Source: Mobula hypostoma
Lineage: Eukaryota
Assembly: GCF_963921235.1 (NCBI RefSeq)
Contig: NC_086101.1
Span: 141,422,001 to 141,486,000 of the forward strand
DNA length: 64,000 nucleotides
Direction of reading: 5' to 3'
Program-made: the position numbers and the translations under genes
In this document: positions 36,770-49,757 of the stretch, one piece after another
Layout of the letters: every line of letters starts with the position of its first letter
Position numbering within the stretch: position 1 is the stretch's first letter
Notes under the pieces: generated by a model
The model's input: the letters and a program-made list of their open reading frames with translations, nothing else
Told to the model about the DNA's origin: nothing
The model's database searches: none

Positions 36770-37150
36770 TCACAGCAAAGACCAGGGCTCAAGCCACAGT
36801 GCTATCTTTATCAACCGCCCAGGGAGAGGAGTCCAGAGTCGGGCACTCCACCAGAGTATCGGTGGTGGGGTGGCATGGCATCCATGCTGGAGTCGGTGCT
36901 GCCCCCAGTGTTTGCTCAGCAGAAGACAGGCTGCATGGTGTTTGACTGCAGACTGCTGCAACATTCATGGATTCAGGGACTTTGACTATACTTTGTTTGT
37001 GTGAGACTGTATTTTGCTATCTTATTTACATGTGTTATATGTGCCTTGTGCTGTGTATGACTTTTGGTACTGTGTTTTGAACCTTAGCCCTGAAGTAAGG
37101 CTGTTTCGGTTGGCTGGATTCATGTATGGTTGAATGACAATTAAATTTGA
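36770..37150 (+). mobile_element. Non-autonomous retroelement with GC-rich head and LINE-like tail; second copy at about 59690-60165
   Basis: Both copies share GCCTTGTGCTGTGT...GGTACT...ACCTTAGCCC...ATTAAA...TGAAC. Confidence 0.55.
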
Positions 37151-37241
37151 ACGTGACCTCTCCTCACCTGAATCCACCAGTTTTTGCTCCATCCTTTCTC
37201 CTCACCTCTTTAATACTGATCATCTCCCCTCTACTCTTTTA

Positions 37242-37544
<303 letters not shown>

Positions 37545-37899
37545 TTATAGAGAATAGGAACATTCTGACCATCTCATTCATGTCAGTGTCGACCTCCTAC
37601 CCCAACAGATATCCAGATTTCCTTATGATATAAAAGGAGCCCAACTGAACCATCGAGTTTACCTCGGCTCTCTGGGCAATCCCATTCACCCATTTCTATT
37701 CCCGTCTCCATCGTTTTTAATCAAACTTCCATCTCCTCTCCAATATCCCTTGTTACAACCACTCCTGAGGATAGTGAGTTCCACACTCTTATCCAGTTGT
37801 GGAGAACTTTCTCCCAAATTCCTCATTATGTTTACAGACTATTCTACATTCACAGACCTTGGGTTTGATTGCCCATTAAGTAAAACTTTTCCACCTAAA

Positions 37900-38550
37900 G
37901 GAGCCTGAAGTTGATAGGGTGGTATGTGGCATACTTGCATTTACTAGTTGAGGAAATGAGTTCAAGAGTCAAGAGGTTAAGTTGCAGCTTTATAAAACTC
38001 TGGTTACCCTGCATCTGGAGCATTGCATTCATTTCTGGTTGCCCTGTGATAGGAAGGACTTGAGGCTTTGGAGAGGGCACAGAAGAGGTTTACCAGGATG
38101 CCTTTTGGATTAGAGGGCACTTGCTATGAGGAGAGGTTGTACAAACGTTGGTTGTTTTCTCTGGAGTGGCAGAGACTGAGGAGAGACCTAAAATATATTT
38201 ATAAGATAATGAGGGGCACAGATAGAACAGTCAGCAGGTATAATTTTCCCCAGATAAAAAATGTATAATTCTCGAGGACATCCACTTAAAGTGAGAGGAG
38301 AGAAATTCAAAGGAGACATACCAGGCAAGTTTTTGTTTAAACGGAGAGTGATGGGATGCACTACCAGGGGTGGCAGTGAAAGCAAATGTGACAGAGGAAT
38401 TTAAGAGGCTCATGGATCGGATCATGAATATGTAGAGACATTATGGGATGGGGCCGGGACTAGTTTAGTTATGTTTTTCACTGCTTTTCAAACTAGTTTG
38501 GCAAACATTGTGGGCTGAAGGGTCTGTTTCTGTTTTGTACTGCTCCATAG
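37900..38550 (+). mobile_element. CR1 LINE 3' fragment
   Basis: ERAQKRFTRM...YEERL...FSLEWQRLRRDL. Confidence 0.8.
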
Positions 38551-39019
38551 TTTAACTCCTTCTAAACAAGATTTCTGTTGGGCCACTCTTCAGCCTTCTT
38601 TCTGCAGTTTATTTAACATGGCACTTGACTGATACGCAGTAGGAGACAGCTCAGAATATAGACAGTGATAGTACACTCTACGTGCACACAAGTCTTTGAA
38701 AGGATGCTCCAGCTGATATAAATACAACCCTGACTAATTCCAAAAGTGCTGAATGACCTCAACATTCCTTCACCTCACCGATCACATTCCAGTGCTGTCA
38801 AGTTAAACCAATAGTTCAAAAGATTCAAACAATGAGACTTTTTTTCCAACCTGTTAGCCTCTAGCTTGGTGACCTCTTCTACTTAAGTGAATTAATATGG
38901 ATTTTAAAAAAGGCAGATGTAGAAACCAGCATAAAAATGACAGGTTTAAAACAAAAAGCAAAGCAGGAATGAGCCAACATGTAGAGGAACATAACTTATG
39001 TATGAGAAGCGAGATGGCA

Positions 39020-39130
39020 CGGGGGAGGGGGGGAGGGAGAGAGGGGGGCAGGGGGAGGGGGGGAGGGGGGAGGGAGAGAGGGAGGCAGGGAGAGGGGGGG
39101 AGGGAGATGGGGGGAGGGAGAGAGGGGGAA
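39020..39130 (+). repeat. Polypurine G-rich low-complexity tract (G-quadruplex or triplex prone)
   Basis: More than ten runs of 3 or more G separated by short, mostly A, spacers. Confidence 0.85.
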
Positions 39131-40611
39131 GAAAGAGAAAAGAGAAAGAACTGCCGAGAGATGGACAACAGTTTAATCGATCGATTGGACAGAGGGATAG
39201 AAGGAACTTGAAATGACCCCGTGCTTTTTGGTATGTGCAGCAAGATCCCAGAAACAGCAGTCTGACATTGGGAAGATTATCTTTCAGTGATGTTGATTAA
39301 GGTTTAATATTGGTCAGGATAAAGGGTAGAATTCCCCCGCACATCATTAAAATAGCTTCATGGGATCTTTACAGGGCAGACTCCTCCATAGAAAAGCTTC
39401 TACTAATTCACCTTATCAAATCTATCAAAACATTAAACATTTCTCACCTCCCATGCTCAGCTTTTTTTCAACAATTTAGTTAACAATAGCATTTGACTGA
39501 AGCACACAGGTAGCAGCCCTGAATACGAGCAGTGAAGGCCTATATTTCATCACAAGACAGCAGCCCCCTCCTACTGAACCGAGTCAGCCTTCGTCATGGA
39601 TTTGAGACTCTCAGGACCTCAGAGGAAGTGTGCTTTCAGCTTACAGTTAACTGAAAGTTATTCTCCCGTGGATTGGAAGTCTTCAAAGGGTGCAAAGTGA
39701 AATAAGCTAAATATGAATTACAGAGATTTGAAGGTTTACTACTAAGCAATATTTCCTCAATCTGATGATCTCAAGCAGTTTCTAGGGTAACAGAGCTGGG
39801 ACGACATAGCACAGGAAACAGCCCATCAGCCCACCACCTCCACGCTGACTTTTTTGCCTATTTGGGAGACAAGCATACCGGAGTTGATAGCTAAGGTCAC
39901 TGCCATCGATCCTCGCCATATTGGCTTTGACATGTACACGATTCTGTGACAGGTGATGTAGTGATAGTTAGTCATATTGTTCCTATGCCACTCAGCCACA
40001 CTCACAAGGGAGGAGTTCACACACTGTACAAGCAGGGTTTAATCAATCAAGTCCAGTTCAGTATCCTGCATGCTGGCATCCTGGTGTGCTCTGCATTATC
40101 CCTCAATAACCAACACACCAGGTGATAAATCACTTTTATATCAACTTTGTTAGCACTCTCACCTTTGTAATCTGTATACGCTACAGCTAGTGACGGAGAG
40201 AGTAAATCAGAGAACGGGGCATTGGGTGCAATCAGGTGAACTGCTTTGTCCTGAGGTCATTAGTCATTTTGGAGCTGCATCCCACAGGCAAGTGGAGAAA
40301 ATACCAACATGTTCCTGATTTTTTTTTTCCCCTTGTGGAGATTATTTACCATTCAGACATCCCAGGGGTTGAAATGATAACAGAGAAACTAAGGTAAAGT
40401 GCTACGAGTCAGTGATGCATGATCAGATTTTTTTGGACACAATGCATCTATATTTAGAACTGTGCAGGTAAAATATTTTGGGTGAACATTCATCAAAGAC
40501 TTCACCAGTTTTCAAATTCTGCTGACCTTTTTTTAAAAAAAATAACACAGCAAGCTACAACGAATCCACAGGCAGCAAGTCCACGCATAAAAAACATGCT
40601 CATTGGGGTTA

Positions 40612-40794
<183 letters not shown>

Positions 40795-41369
40795 TCAAAA
40801 TTAATACTTAATAATTAATTAGCTGTCTTGGTGACTTCCTGCAAAATGTTTTGGGGAAATACCAAGCCACACATGGATAGGGCAACATGGGCAAAGAAGT
40901 TCCAAACGGCGGAAGGGAGAGAGATTTAGGAAGGCAGTTCCAGAGCTCAGGGGCTAGAAAGCAGAAGGGACAGCGGTTAATAGTAGAGGAATTAGGATCA
41001 AGGATGCACAAAAGGAGATTACTTGGAGTGTTAGGGGATGCTGTTGTAGAGCTGGATACATCCAAGAGACAGGATAGGGTGAGGAGAATATTAGAAAGAA
41101 AGGACCAGGATTTTTTTTAACCAAGTTATTACCAGACCAAGGGCAAGTGTGGGCCAGCAAGCACACAGTACTGGCCAATGGTACATTAAACAGGTTAGGA
41201 TCTGGATAGTTAAGTTCTGAGAAACTTTATTTGATTGGGATGAAAGGTTGATACAAAAATAGAAACATGTTGGAAAGGACACTGAATCAGGAACTCAATT
41301 CAGGCTCCTGATAGTCTGCTTCATCATATACAGCAGGGGCTGGAAAGCAGAAGGGACAGCTTTACAATG

Positions 41370-41965
41370 GTGAGGTGCTCCTGCTGCAGCCTCCTCTACA
41401 TTGGTGAGACCCTTTATAAATTGGGGGACCGCTTCTTCGAGCGTCTCCGCTCCATCCACCAAAGGCGGAACTCCCCGGTGGTTAAACATTTTAATTCCAA
41501 TTCCCATTTGTGTTCTGACACTTATGTCCATGGGCTCCTCTTGTGAGGCAACCCTCAGAGTGGAGAAGCAACACCTTACATTCCGTCTGGGTAGCCTCCA
41601 ACCTGATGACATGAACATCAATTTCTCCTTCCAGTAAAATGTTCCCCTACTCCTCTCCCCTTCTTTTGTTTCCCACTCTGGCTCCCTACCACCTCCCACA
41701 TACCCATCACCTCCCCCAGGTTCCACCCTCCTTCCCTTTCTCCTATGGCCCACTCTCCTCTCCTATCAGATTCCTTTCTCTCCAGCCCTTTACTCTTCCT
41801 ACCCACCTGGCTTCACCTCTAACCCTGCCTGCTATCCCCCTTCCCCTCCCCACTCCTTATTCTGGTGTCTTCTCCTTTCCACTCCAGTCCTGAGGAAGGG
41901 TCTCAGCCCGAAATGTTTCCACAGATGCTGCCTCAGCTGCTGAGCACCTACAGCATTGTGTGTTT
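41370..41965 (+). mobile_element. Penelope-like element 3' fragment: GIY-YIG endonuclease C-terminus, pyrimidine-rich UTR, hammerhead-like motif
   Basis: Translation CSCCSLLYIGETLYKLGDRF...VVKHFNS...EKQHLTFRLGSLQPDDMNINFSFQ*. Motif CAGTC-CTGAGGA-AGGG-TCTCAG-CCC-GAAA-TGTT at 41885-41917. Confidence 0.85.
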
Positions 41966-43174
41966 TGAGAAGGAACAGGTGAAACGATGGAAGAATTAGG
42001 ATCGAGGAGGCACAAGAGGCCAGGCCTTGGATTGTTTACAGATAGTGGATGCTGAGCAGCACGGAGGTAAACAAGAGCAGACAGGGAGGAAACATGCTTT
42101 TCTTCCTGACCTAGGCAGGTGGAAAATACTAGTCCACAAGGGGAAGATATGAACAGCTTGTTCAGCAAAAATATTATTCTCTATTCTTTTCTGAACGGTT
42201 TGGCGCATTGCCTTTAGAATTTGTCTCTTGCTTCAGAGCTCCACTGGATTCTAGTGACTGTTGACTTTGATCGAACCATTCAAATGAAAACACTTTCCAC
42301 CTCTCAGCAGGAGCACATTGATCTGCTTTTAAAAAGGGAATGGTAGATGTTGAAAAGCAAAACATGGTACGCGTTAGAAATATGTAAGGAGATGGGAAAT
42401 GCTGGAAATACTCAGTGGGTCAGGTAGCATCTGTGGAGAAAGAAACAGCATTTCAGGTTGATGATTTTCCAACAGTTCTGGCATCAGGATGTCAAACTGA
42501 ATCACAGGGCTGGATTATACTGAGTACAACCTACTGTATGCATCCCGCACCAACCTCACGATCTCCAGCAACCTCAAGGCCTCTGTTCCACGGGCAGATC
42601 AGTGACAGACAGTGCTCTAGGGAGTGTATCCCAAGACCCCATTTCTATCAGGGTCCTAATGAGCACCTGAGGTAGATGTTGACTCTGAAGGCAACACACC
42701 AAGCCATACAGAAGCAAAATTTAAAAAAAACATTAAATAATTTCCATAATTTCCTCTCAATTTGAATTATTTCTCACCCTCACAAGGAAGGCTAAAAATT
42801 GCCAGTCTGTTGCACTGACTTTACTTGAACTGGTAGTCAGACATTCAGGAACAGTTGAAAACAATATAATAATTTTTTTTTAAAGTAACATTTTGAAAAC
42901 TTTAAACTACTGTTAATTAAAAAAAAATATACTGTGAAACAAAGGAAAATAAGCAGCTTTGCAAAACTTACGTTTTTATTGAGAAACCCAGTGTAATGAA
43001 TAGGACTGTGCAAGATAAGGAATGCCTCCCAACTGGGTGTTAAATCTATCTCCAGCACCTACTATACTTCAGCACTGCAATGTTCAGGCTTGCGAAGTCA
43101 AGGCTGCACGAACAATCTCCACAGAATAGTCAGCTTCAGGATAATCTCCCCGTTTCTCTCTTCATTAAGCCCAT

Positions 43175-44205
43175 AAAATATAGAAATAGGATTAAGCCAT
43201 CAAGTCTGCTCCTCTATTCGATCATGGCTGATTTAGTTTCGCACTCAAACCCATTCCCCTGCCTTTTCTCCATAAACTTTGATTCCCTTACTAATTTAAA
43301 AACCTATTAACCTCCACAGCTGTCAGTGACAGTGGTAAATCTGTGGAGTTCACTCCCTCCTCTTATCTGTTCTAAAGGCATGTCCTTCTGTTCTGAAGCT
43401 GTACCTTCTCATCCTAGACTATCCCACTACTTGAAACATCCTCTTCACATCCACTCTATCTCAGGCTTTTAACATTCAGTAAGTTTCATTGAGGACCCCC
43501 CCCCCCACACACAATTCTTCTAAGCTCCAGGAAGAACAGGCTCAGAGCCAAACACTCCTCTTATGTTAGCCCTTTAATTCCTGGGATCATTCTCCTCTCT
43601 ACTTTCTCTGGAGCCTCTCCAAAGCCAGCATATTCTTTCTAAGATATGTGGCCCAAAAATTTTCACAATACTCTAAATATGGTCTGTAACCCTTGTTTTT
43701 ATATTCTAGCCCTCTCAGAACGAATAACTCATTGCATTTGCCTTCCTTACCACTGGCTCAACCTGCAAGTTAATCTTTAAGAAATTCTGCACAAGGGCTC
43801 CCAAGTCCCTTTGTACCTCTGATTTTAAAATTTTGTCCCAGTTTAGAAAATAGTCTATACCTTTATTCCTTCTACCAGTGTACCATATTCTATTTGCCAC
43901 TTTTTTGCCCTCTTGGAACGAATAACATTGCATTTGCCTTCCTTGACCAACCATTCCATCGGCAAGTTAACCTTTAGGAGATCCAGCACTAGGTCTCACA
44001 TGTCCCTTTGCACTCCCGGTTTCTGAATTCACTCCCCATTTAAAAAGCAGTCTACTCCTTTATTCCTTCTACCAAAGTGCATGGCCATACACTTCCATCT
44101 GCCGTTTCTTTGCTCACTTACCTAATCTGTCCAAGCTCTTCTGCAACTCCCTACTTCCCCAACACTACCTGCCACTCCACCCATCTTCATATCGCCTGTA
44201 AACTT
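43175..44205 (-). mobile_element. Degenerate CR1 3' fragment with an internal diverged duplication of about 200 bp (about 43718-43915 / 43916-44110)
   Basis: EVQRDLGALV...VVRKANAM. Both units begin GAACGAATAAC...ATTGCATTTGCCTTCCTT. Confidence 0.75.
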
Positions 44206-45409
44206 GAGTAATGAAGACAAACAGTATGGGAGGTAGAATAAAATAAATTAAATTAATATAGAACGGGAAATGATTAAATAGAAATGTGGCTCAGTTGGGA
44301 TGAATAGTAGGTTTTGCGCTGAACAGTAATAGGCCAAGCTTAATGGCAATCAAAATCTGCATCATATAATTTCACTTTGAGGTTTAAGGGCCTAACTCAA
44401 TATCAGGATTAAACACTTTTTTAAAAAAAATAGCCTACAACTTTCTGATCAGTTGTGGCTTTCCCTTCTTTTGACATATGCAGTCAGATTACTCATTATT
44501 TCTAGGGATGCTCAGATATTCAGGAAGAGTAATTCAACATGGTCTTTACCTGCTATTAAAATCCTACCACTATCATGGAGGAAATGCTGCATTTTGGGCT
44601 ATTTCCAAAATCTGATGTCTTAATTACAACACAGAAGTAAGTGATCTATCAGCATAAAATTATACATTTGCAGCTTTTCCTTATGGGGCTTTCATATTTC
44701 CACAGTTCTGTGCTGATCAACTGGCTGGAGTATTCACTGAAATCTTTAACCTCTCTGTCTGGCAGTCTGAGGTACCCACATGGAGAGTAGCAACACTTCT
44801 GTAAAATTGGGAATGGCTTTGGGGAAAGGGAAAGTTGAAAATAAGACTTAGTTGGCAGTAGAGCAAGTGAGAGGTTTGTTTCCTCCAATTTTATTTGCTC
44901 CAGCACCTTTCTCTCGGCCCCATTCCCTCCATTCCACTGATGTAGCCATGTCATCGGCTGCTTCTACACTATACTGCTAAGCCTCCATCTCTCTAACATT
45001 TTTACCTACTTTATGATGTTCCTAGAAGTACAGGACAAAAGGCTGCACAGGTTAGGACTTGATTCCTTGAAACATCAAAGACTGAGGGGAGATTTGATAG
45101 AGGAATACAAAATTATGAGGCTATGGATAAGGTAAATGCAAGTAGGTTTTTTCCACTAAGGTTGGGTGGGACTACTAGATGTCATGGGTTGAGGGTGAAA
45201 TGTGAAAAGTTTAAGAGAAACATGAGGGGAAACGTCTCCACTCAGAGGGTCATGAGAGTGTTGAACGAGCTGGCAGTGCTTTGTCTGCATTTAAGAGAAG
45301 TTGAATAAGCACATGGGTTTGAAAGGTTATGGTCCAGGTTCAGGTTGATGGGACCAAGCACCTTAAATAGCTTGGCATGGACTAGATGGGCCGAAGGGCC
45401 TGTTTCTGT

Positions 45410-46590
45410 GCTGAACACTATGACTTCCTTATGCAATTGGATCCTCAATTTCCTCATTTGTACACTCCAGTCAATTTGGATTGGCAACAACATCTCCTCC
45501 ATCTCATCTGCACAGGGGTACCTCAAGGCTGGATGCTTAAAACCCCTGCTCTACTCCCTTTGTACTTAAAACTGTGAGGCTAAGCACAGCTCCATTGCCA
45601 TATTTAAATTTGCCGATGACACCACTGTTGTTGCTGGATCAAAGGTGATGACGAATCAGCATAGAGGGAGATTGAAAATCTGGCTGAGCGATGCCACAAC
45701 AGCAACCTCTCACTCAATGTCAGCAAGAGCAAGGAGCTGATTATTGGCTTCAGGATGAGGAAACCAGAGGTCCATGATCCAGTCCTCATCAGGGGATCAG
45801 AGGGGAGAGGGTCAGCAACTTTAAATTCCTCATTGATATCATTTTCGAGGACCTGTCCTGGGCCCAGTATTTAAGTGCAATTACAAAGAAAGCACAGCAG
45901 CAGCTCTACCTCCTTAGGAGCTTGCGAAGATTTGCAATGACATCTAAAACCTCGGCAAACTTTTATAGATGTAGGGTGGAGTACATTGACTGGTTGCATC
46001 ACAGCCTGGTATGGAAACATCAATGCCCTTGAATGGAATGTCCTGCAAAAAGTTGTGGATTTGCCCAGTCCATCACAGGTGAAACTCCTCCTACCCTTGA
46101 GCACCTCTACACAGAGCGCTGTTGCAGGAAAGCAGCATCCATCATCTAGGATCACTACCACCTAGGCCATGCTCTCTTCTCACTGCTGCCATCAGGAAGG
46201 TGGTACAGGAGCATCAGGACTACACCACCAGGCTGAGGAGCAGTTATTACCCCTCAACCATCAGGCTTTTCAACCAGTGGGGATAACTTCACTCACCTCC
46301 ATCACTGAACAGTTCCCATAAACTATGGTTTCACTTTCAATGACTCTTATTCTCATGATCATGATAACTATTACTTATTTGTTATTATTATTTCTTCTGA
46401 TTTTTTTCTTTTGTGTTTGCAGTTTGTTATCTTTTGCACACTGGTTATTTGTCCATCTTGTTGGGTACGGTCTGTCATTGATTCTATTGTGTTTCCTAGA
46501 TTTACTCTGTATGCTCGCAAGAAAACAAATTATCACTGTTGTATACGGTGACATAAATGTACCTTGATAATAAATTTACTTTGAACTTTC
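45410..46590 (+). mobile_element. Degenerate Rex1/Babar-type LINE 3' part (preceded by a CR1 tail at about 45040-45410)
   Basis: TGVPQG, FKFADDTTVV and [14 protein letters not shown] remnants. Tail GATAATAAATTTACTTTGAACTTT. Confidence 0.8.
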
Positions 46591-47925
46591 TTGTTTCAAA
46601 TATTTATTTAGCAAAAAGCTTTTGACATATTGTTTCAGCCACCGTAAGAGAACGTTATCACCACTGTGATGTTTGAAGGCCTGCAGGCGGCATTGATATT
46701 GAACAACTGTCTAGGACGTGGTTCATAAAGATATTTGCTGTCATTGTCAATGTCCCATTAGTGCAGTGATCCTATCTAGTTTGAACATAGCTGTGAAGTA
46801 GCTGAATAAATCCCAGTTAGCTGACTGCAGGTTCACAGATGATGTGATTAACTGAGTAGTGCCTGTGCCAACCTTCTCTCATCCTACTCAGTATACGAGG
46901 AAAATTTCAAGGATTACAACAGAGTGGACCACACAGAATGGTCCGAGGGAGCCAAAACTGCGGTGGATTGAAGAAGCCCCAATGCACCAGCTGTGTAAAA
47001 TCATCAAACAGTCTGGTCACTGCTTTGATGCAAAGGAGAGTATGACATTATGCAATTTAGTTCCAACACAACAATTCACATTTATGTAATATCTTTATAC
47101 AATGCATCACAGGAAAAGCTGCAAATTGCAGACAAATCCACAAAAGGCATCTTGGAGTTTGGTAAATTAGAAGCTGCATCTTAAAGGAGGGAGACTAAGA
47201 GGCAGGAATGATTAGGGCTTTGACAGCCACACACTGAGACAAAAAGAAATAGGAGACCATCAATATCCAATCTCAGTGACCAAGAGTAGTTTCAAAAGTT
47301 GCACTGCAGTGGTCTAACATTTCCAATGACCCGAGCTTGACCTGGTACTGTTTGTGTTGTTTGCATGTTCTTCCTGTGAGCCTTCTCCTCCCAAATCCCA
47401 AATACATGTTGACTAGTAAGTGAATTAGCCACAAATTGACCCGATGCAGGTGGCTATTAGGAAAGTCAGGGGTGGAGAAGTATCTCAACAATACTTTGCA
47501 ATTATATGTCACTGCTTCCTAGATAGATAAAAGGACTTGTACTTCCACAGCATCTTGTGCTTCATAACCAACATTCTGACCACTTTGTAATACAATGGAC
47601 TTTTCCTTCGTTCTCTGTTCCTTCTTGTATAATTTATGATTAATTTACATTTTCCTTGAAAATGTTGGTATCAGATGTGATGTGCCTGTGGTGCTGTTGC
47701 ATTGTTCTTGTGAATATGACAGCAGACTTGAATTTAGGACTTGGAGACAAGATTGGAAGGGAAGGAGGCTTCCAATCTGTCAACACAAGATTTCCACAAA
47801 TAACAACAAGATATGATCAACCATATTGCTTTTAAGAAGGTGGCAGGACAGGCAACCAGAAATCTGATGAAAGTTCAAAGATCAAAGCAAACTTTATTAC
47901 CAAAAAACATATATGCCACCAAATA

Positions 47926-49106
47926 CTTTATACTTATATTTTATTGTCGCCAAACAATTGGTACTAGAATGTACAATCATCACAGCGATATTTCATTCTG
48001 CGCTTCCCACTCCCTGGATTACAATTATTAAATATTAAAAATATTTTAAATAGTTAAAATTAGTAAATATTAAAAATTTAAATTATACATCAAAAATAGA
48101 AAATAGAAAAATGAACCGAGAGGCAGGTCTGGATATTTGGAGGGTACGGCCCAGATCCGGGTCAGGATCCGTTCAGCAGTCTTATCACAGTTGGAAAGAA
48201 GCTGTTCCCAAATCTGGCCGTACGAGTCTTCAAGCTCCTGAACCTTCTCCCGGAGGGAAGAGGGGTGAAAAGTGTGTTGGCTGGGTGGGTCATGTCCTTG
48301 ATTATCCTGGCAGCACTGCTCCGACAGTGTGCAGTGTAAAGTGAGTCCAAGGACGGAAGATTGGTTTGTGTGTTGTGCTGCACCATGTTCATGATCTTCT
48401 GCAGCTTCTTTCGATCTTGAACAGGAAAACTTCCATACCAGGTTGTGATGCACCCTAGAAGAATGCTTTCTACAGTGCATCTATAAAAATTACTGAGGGT
48501 TTTAGGGGACAGGCCAAATTTCTTTAGTTTTCTCAGGAAATAAATGCGCTGGTGGGCCTTCTTGGCAGTGAACTCTGCTTGGTTGGACCAAGTCAGGTCA
48601 TTTGTGATATTGACCCCAAAGAACTTAAAGCTTTTGACCTGTTCCACTTGCGCACCACCGACGTAAATTGGGTCGTGCGGTCCGCTACTGCTTCTGAAGT
48701 CAACAACCAATTCCTTCATCTTGCTGACGTTGAGGGATAGGTTATTGTCTTCGCACCATACCACCAGGTTCTTATTTTCCTCTCTGTACTCAAACTCATC
48801 ATTACCCGAGATAAGGCCTACAATCGTTGTGTCATCAGCAAACTTATATATTGAGTTTGATGGAAACTTGGCTACACAATCATGGGTATATAGGGAGTAC
48901 AGCAGGGCACAGCCTTGTGGGGCACCGGTGCTCAGAGTGATTGTGGAGGAGAGCTTGTCCCCTATTTTTACAGCCTGGGTCCTGTCCGTGAGGAAGTTGA
49001 AGATCCAGCTGCAGATCTGAGTGCTGAGGCCCAGGTTCCGGAGCTTAGGAATCAGTTTGTTTGGAATGATGGTATTAAAGGCAGAGCTGTAGTCAATGAA
49101 AAGGAG
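47926..49106 (-). mobile_element. Relatively young Rex1/Babar-type LINE 3' part nested in an older copy (47870-47925 and 49107-49820)
   Basis: Open 200-aa frame at 48162-48764 ([18 protein letters not shown]...[13 protein letters not shown]...[12 protein letters not shown]). [10 protein letters not shown] lies just upstream. Confidence 0.87.
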
Positions 49107-49640
49107 CCTGAGATTAATTTTCCTGTGGGCAAACTCAACAAATCTATAGAATAGTAACTACAACAGGATCAATGAAAGATCAATCAGCGTGCAGAAGACA
49201 ACAAATTGTGCAAATGCAAATATAAATAGCAATAAACAATGAGAACATGAGATATTGAGATAAGGAGTCCTTAAAGTGAATTCATTGGTAACAGGAACAT
49301 TTCAATGATGGGGCAAGTATATAGAGTTATCCCCTTTTATTCGGGAGCCTGATAGTTGAAGGGTAGTAACTGTTCTTGAACCTGGTGGTGCTCTTGTAGC
49401 TTCTACCTAATGGCATCAATGAGAAGAAAGCATGACCTGGATGATGGGGATCTCTAATGATGGATGCTGCTTTCCTACAACAGCACTTCATGTCAATGAG
49501 CTCAATGGTTGGGAGGGCTTTACCTGTGATTCACTGGGCCAAATCCACTATTTTTTGTAGGAGTTTCCATTCAAAGGCATTGGTGTTTCCATACCAGGCC
49601 ATGATGTAGCCGGTCAATACGCTCTCCACCACACATCTAC

Positions 49641-49757
49641 AGAAGTTTGTGAAAGTTTTAGGTGTCATGCCAAATCTCCAGAAGTTTGTGACAGTTTTAG
49701 GTGTCATGCCAAATCTCCAGAAGTCTGTGACAGTTTTAGGTGTCATGCCAAATCTCC
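49641..49757. repeat. 39-bp x3 tandem repeat inside a LINE remnant
   Basis: AGAAGTYTGTGAMAGTTTTAGGTGTCATGCCAAATCTCC at 49641, 49680 and 49719. Confidence 0.95.

Noticed and set aside
38854-39243. Gly/Arg-rich and Pro/Leu-rich ORFs
   Set aside because: Artefacts of the G-rich low-complexity tract.
49641-49757. Three 39-bp direct repeats resembling a CRISPR array
   Set aside because: Head-to-tail with no spacers, inside a LINE remnant, eukaryotic context, no cas genes. A simple tandem duplication.
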